A model generated the notes under the pieces. That model ran no database searches. It was given only the letters and a program-made list of their open reading frames with translations, and had not been told where the DNA came from. Below are positions 60,131 through 64,000 of a stretch of DNA of 64,000 nucleotides, piece by piece. Position 1 is the stretch's first letter. Every line of letters starts with the position of its first letter. A program made the position numbers and the translations under genes. Source of the stretch: Ascidiella aspersa. Lineage: Eukaryota. The DNA lies in contig OZ004607.1 of NCBI GenBank assembly GCA_963924565.1, forward strand, positions 7,936,001 to 8,000,000, in the 5' to 3' direction.

Positions 60131-63100
60131 TAACTTTGAAAGAGTAGCTAAATTTGAATCTTTGTAAACGGCCGTTATAAAAACAATTGTATTGAAATCT
60201 TGTAAAGCTTTTTTTGGTAAAGTCAAAGTCAGGTCATATCATTTAAGTTGCCTAGACTAAAAAATTAGGGTTCAAGAACTTTCAGTGGACAAATTTGCGG
60301 AAATAAGATTGGAAAAACACAGGCTTGACATTTTTAACAATTAAACAGCCTTTTAAACGTTATGGATACTTAGCAGATAAATTGGAAAAAAACAAACGTG
60401 ATATTTATTGTTACTGACGATGTCAATATGCTAAGGGAAACGAAAAGTTTTAAAAGCGTTTATTAATCTTTCCGAAATGTGTAGCCGTAAAGATGACAAG
60501 GAAGTTATTATTTCGGAAAAATTTACCTCAGACAGGTAAAAAGCAAAGGCCTCCCCCTCCTATCACACACACAGGCAAAGAGAGTGAAAGAAAGCAACTA
60601 TAGCATAAAAAACAGCAGCCGTGTAGCGAGGGCGCAGCAGGTGAAGGTGACGTAAATTGTGAGGTACAATTAACGGTAAAACAAAACAGGAGCGTGCTAC
60701 GAGGAAAACGCAAAGTGCCCGGCGACGGCGACACATAAAAAGTAATTTATACCCCTCGGCCGAGCGAAAAATAAAATCACGAAAGCGCAGTGCGCGTTAA
60801 TTATTGATGCCCGTCGCGGCCCGGCTGACCGGCGCACCCCCTTCCCCGGTACAGTTGCCCCCCGGCCGCGTACCTGGCGACCCTAGGAATTTCTATCTCG
60901 CCGCTGCAATTAGGATTAATAGTTCGCCTTTTATCGCGCGGCGCAAATCCATCACGCTTCCGCGCCCGACTTTTTAGCGCTCCCGTCATGTTTTTACTCA
61001 TCGACCGGGGGAGGGGGAGGGGTCGCGGAATCGATAGTTGCTCTTCTCGGCGCCCCCGACCATTTTGGTGACGTCACTGGCCCTCTTTCGGCGCCTCCCC
61101 CGAAAACGCGCCGGACTGCCTGGCACGCGTTTTGATGCCAGAAGAAAACGAAAAATAGGCACGAAACAAAAATAAATCCTGTGGCCTTGATGTGCTTCTC
61201 GAAAGGCACCATATGCAAAATTAATGCCCATGCTTTGGCAGCACAAAAAGTTTGTAGTGAAAGTTCTATTTAAGTCCTACAGTCAATAGCGTTTCACCTA
61301 TCTGTCGGTCATTATACTTCATAATTATGCGGTTTTGCAGAAAAGCCAGCGAGGTAAAAGCTAAGGACTGTCTAAATCACGCAATTGTAAACCAATCAAA
61401 TAGAATCGATTTCAAATCTAAAATAAGAACAAAAATCAAGAGTTGAAAAAAGCATTGTTCCAAAGAAAAGCAAATCATCTTCAGAATGACTCCAAGGTTT
61501 TTCAATTAATTTCACTCCAAGCCGGTCGCGCAAGTGTGCGGCTATCTCGGAGGGGAATCGGTCAAGTTGGTCGACCGCACACCTGCCCGACAGTCGCCTA
61601 GAGCGCGCATTAAACATTGACAGCGGGCGTTGCTCGCATTTGAGATGGCGAAACAGACAAGGCGATGCGGCATCAGATGGTGTCGCCTTACACCTCCGAC
61701 CGATACGCGTAATAAGCGCCTTGCGGAATTCGCGCGGAACGCGTTAAGCCGACGGCGTCGAAAACAATGCCCCCCTCCCCTCCTCCCCCCCGAAAAAAAC
61801 TGTCGATGACTTATCGCGCAATTTGAGACACAGGGCCACTGTGAGGTCAAAGACGCGCCCTCGGTCGCAGTTTGCTAGTGCTGAAAAACTTGAACTAGAT
61901 GCAATCAGTTTCAGCTACATGTTAACGAATTAGTAACCTAACTATTCTGGCCACTTTACAATATACGACAATACAACATCCATTTGTTCGTCGCGAGTTC
62001 CGGAAAATTTATCAGTTTAGATTTCCCCAAAACGTAAAAAAATGGTAAAAAGGCCTTACTCAAAGCGCTTGTACAAAGCAAAAGTTGTCGTCCAAAAAAC
62101 ATAACCAAATCACTTAAAATACTTCTGTTTTTGAAGCAGCCGTTTATTCCAGACAACTTTTATGTCCGTTTATTCCAGACATAAAAACGGTCAGGTTTTA
62201 AAGAGACAAAATGCAAAAAATCAAAAAATTTAACCAGCACATTTAAGCAGCCCGGGTAGAAAGGTGGACAAAAATAACTTTTAAAAGCGGCTTTGAAATC
62301 CAGCCCGAGCGCTAAGCTCTCTCCTCCGGCCCGGGCGCGACAAATGTGTCGCAATGATTCTGTCCCTGTCGCGCGCATTAATATTTCACAAGGCCTTTAA
62401 CGCGACGTCGCGTGTCGCGCATGCATCAGCGCCTTTCGGGCGAAAATAAACCGAGCGAAAAATTTCGCGGCGTGCTGTTGATTCAAGAGCTGACAAAAGG
62501 GCGGAAAGCTCGCCCTTTGTGTCGCATGTCGCTGGCCGCGGTTCGTAGCGCGACACGTCGCTCGTTGTTGTTACAGGCGGGCGAATTGTGTTTTTGCGAC
62601 CAGCCCGTTTTAGCTGCAACCCGGCTAGAGCAAAACCAACAAGATTTCTGTGTCGGCTATACACAAGCCTATAACACGAGCTGTACGTGAGGTAACAACA
62701 TTTTTTGACGTTTTTGTTAAAACCAAGGCCAAGTTTTCCTGTTTTGATATGTTTTTGTTTCAATCGGCCAGAAATTGTGTTCTGTAAAGGTGTAAAACGG
62801 TCATCCACACAGTGCAGACTGTATGTTATAACTTCAAGTTGTGTATTTATGTCGAAATAAGAACTTTCGCATCTGTAAAAATTTGTAAAACTTTAATCAC
62901 AACCATTGTTTCTGTTTATAATTCAATGTTTTTTATTCATTGAACGTCGAAAATTGATAAGATTTTTGTTTTTTGGATGAAAATATGTTTTAGAAACTTG
63001 TACCTTTATGATTCAAATTAATTGGGAGTCACACGATAACGATCGATTTTAGAAAACACACACCCTCGAAAAATTCAACGGTAATCGCGATTTCATCAAC

Positions 63101-63960
63101 ACAATAAAATATACCTCAGGGAACTTCACTGATATCCAGGAAAGTCTGTAGTCGGCTTTAAGTCATCAGCCCTAGGGTGATATCGAGCATAGCTTCATTA
63201 TTTATTCTCGACTTGCAAAACAAAGTCGGCCTGATAACGATTTAAAAGATTCGCCGATTTTTTGCGCCGTCGTATTTATTTTCGATTGACCCGCCCCTGT
63301 GGCATAAAACCCATAAAAGGATCAATAGCCTGGAAAACTTCAACTTTCCCGAGGTCGGCTGCCCGCGCCTAATGGGAGAGTGTGACTGTTTAGAGCTTGT
63401 TCGGGACGCCGCGTTTTTGTGTTTTGTGTCTATGCCTAAAGTGGCAAATATTGGCGATGTTTTGGCAATCGATAGTAATTAATCCGGGAAGTTAAAAAAG
63501 GCGACCTTTTTTCAGCACGTTCAGCACATTATTACCTTGCTTCAAAAAAGATTTTTGGAAAATCGAGCTATAAACTGTCTGAAAAACACTTTGTATCACT
63601 TTTCTTTAGAAGTAGTTTAGATATATTTCTCTAAGCTTTTGTTTTTTGTCCTGAGTTTCGTGCCATTTTGCTATTTCAAAGTCCATAGAAATTACAACAG
63701 TACAGCCAAGCATTTGCAATTTTAAACCTGTTGTTTGCAAGGCGTTTTAAGTTTCCAAACCCCTTAACTTTTTTCCTCTAAAAATATTAATTTAAATTTT
63801 TAAGGAGAGAGAATTTTTCTAATCGATGGGTAAACTTTACACCGCGAGAACGGCTTACAGTTGGGTTTGACGGTTTATGACGTCAAAAGTTTCCATTGTT
63901 TTACTGGAACACTCACACAATGACACAGACTTTTATACCGACTTAGGAGAATTTTCATAG

Positions 63961-64000
63961 CAAAGGTTCCCAAACCTTTTCAATGGCGAGTTTATTTTAC
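63961..64000. mobile_element. Probable left terminus of a hAT/Charlie-like MITE, truncated by the window edge
   Basis: CAAAGGTTCCCAAACCTTTT resembles the termini at 6147 and 13084. Confidence 0.4.

Noticed and set aside
18437-62808. Numerous 60-170 aa Arg/Gly/Pro/Ala-rich ORFs in GC islands (e.g. 33399, 35811, 36958, 37433, 44822, 57334, 57978, 62386)
   Set aside because: Expected by chance in GC-rich non-coding DNA; no domains, codon bias or consistent splice phases

Overview
Eukaryotic (metazoan) genomic DNA; an ascidian/tunicate-like invertebrate chordate is my best guess, inferred from the Islet sequence, compact introns and lack of CpG depletion. Two protein-coding genes can be supported, both on +. 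(1) A complete six-coding-exon GT10 alpha-1,3-fucosyltransferase, 11108-17079, 467 aa. (2) The 5' part of an Islet-class LIM-homeobox gene: first coding exon ending 48248 and LIM1 exon 59673-59862, with the rest beyond the window. The first ~17 kb is rich in transposons: a young 3.04-kb non-autonomous LTR element (381-bp LTRs, 4-bp TSD), two intact hAT-type MITEs with 8-bp TSDs, and other MITEs. The ~30-kb interval before Islet and its 11.4-kb intron are a patchwork of CpG-rich islands and AT-rich spacers, probably an enhancer landscape, and carry degenerate hammerhead-ribozyme relics. The most interesting observation is an in-frame, codon-biased 95-codon stretch upstream of the Islet ATG. It lies in ~750 nt with no ATG in any frame and begins at a CTG in optimal Kozak context, suggesting a non-AUG-initiated acidic N-terminal extension.
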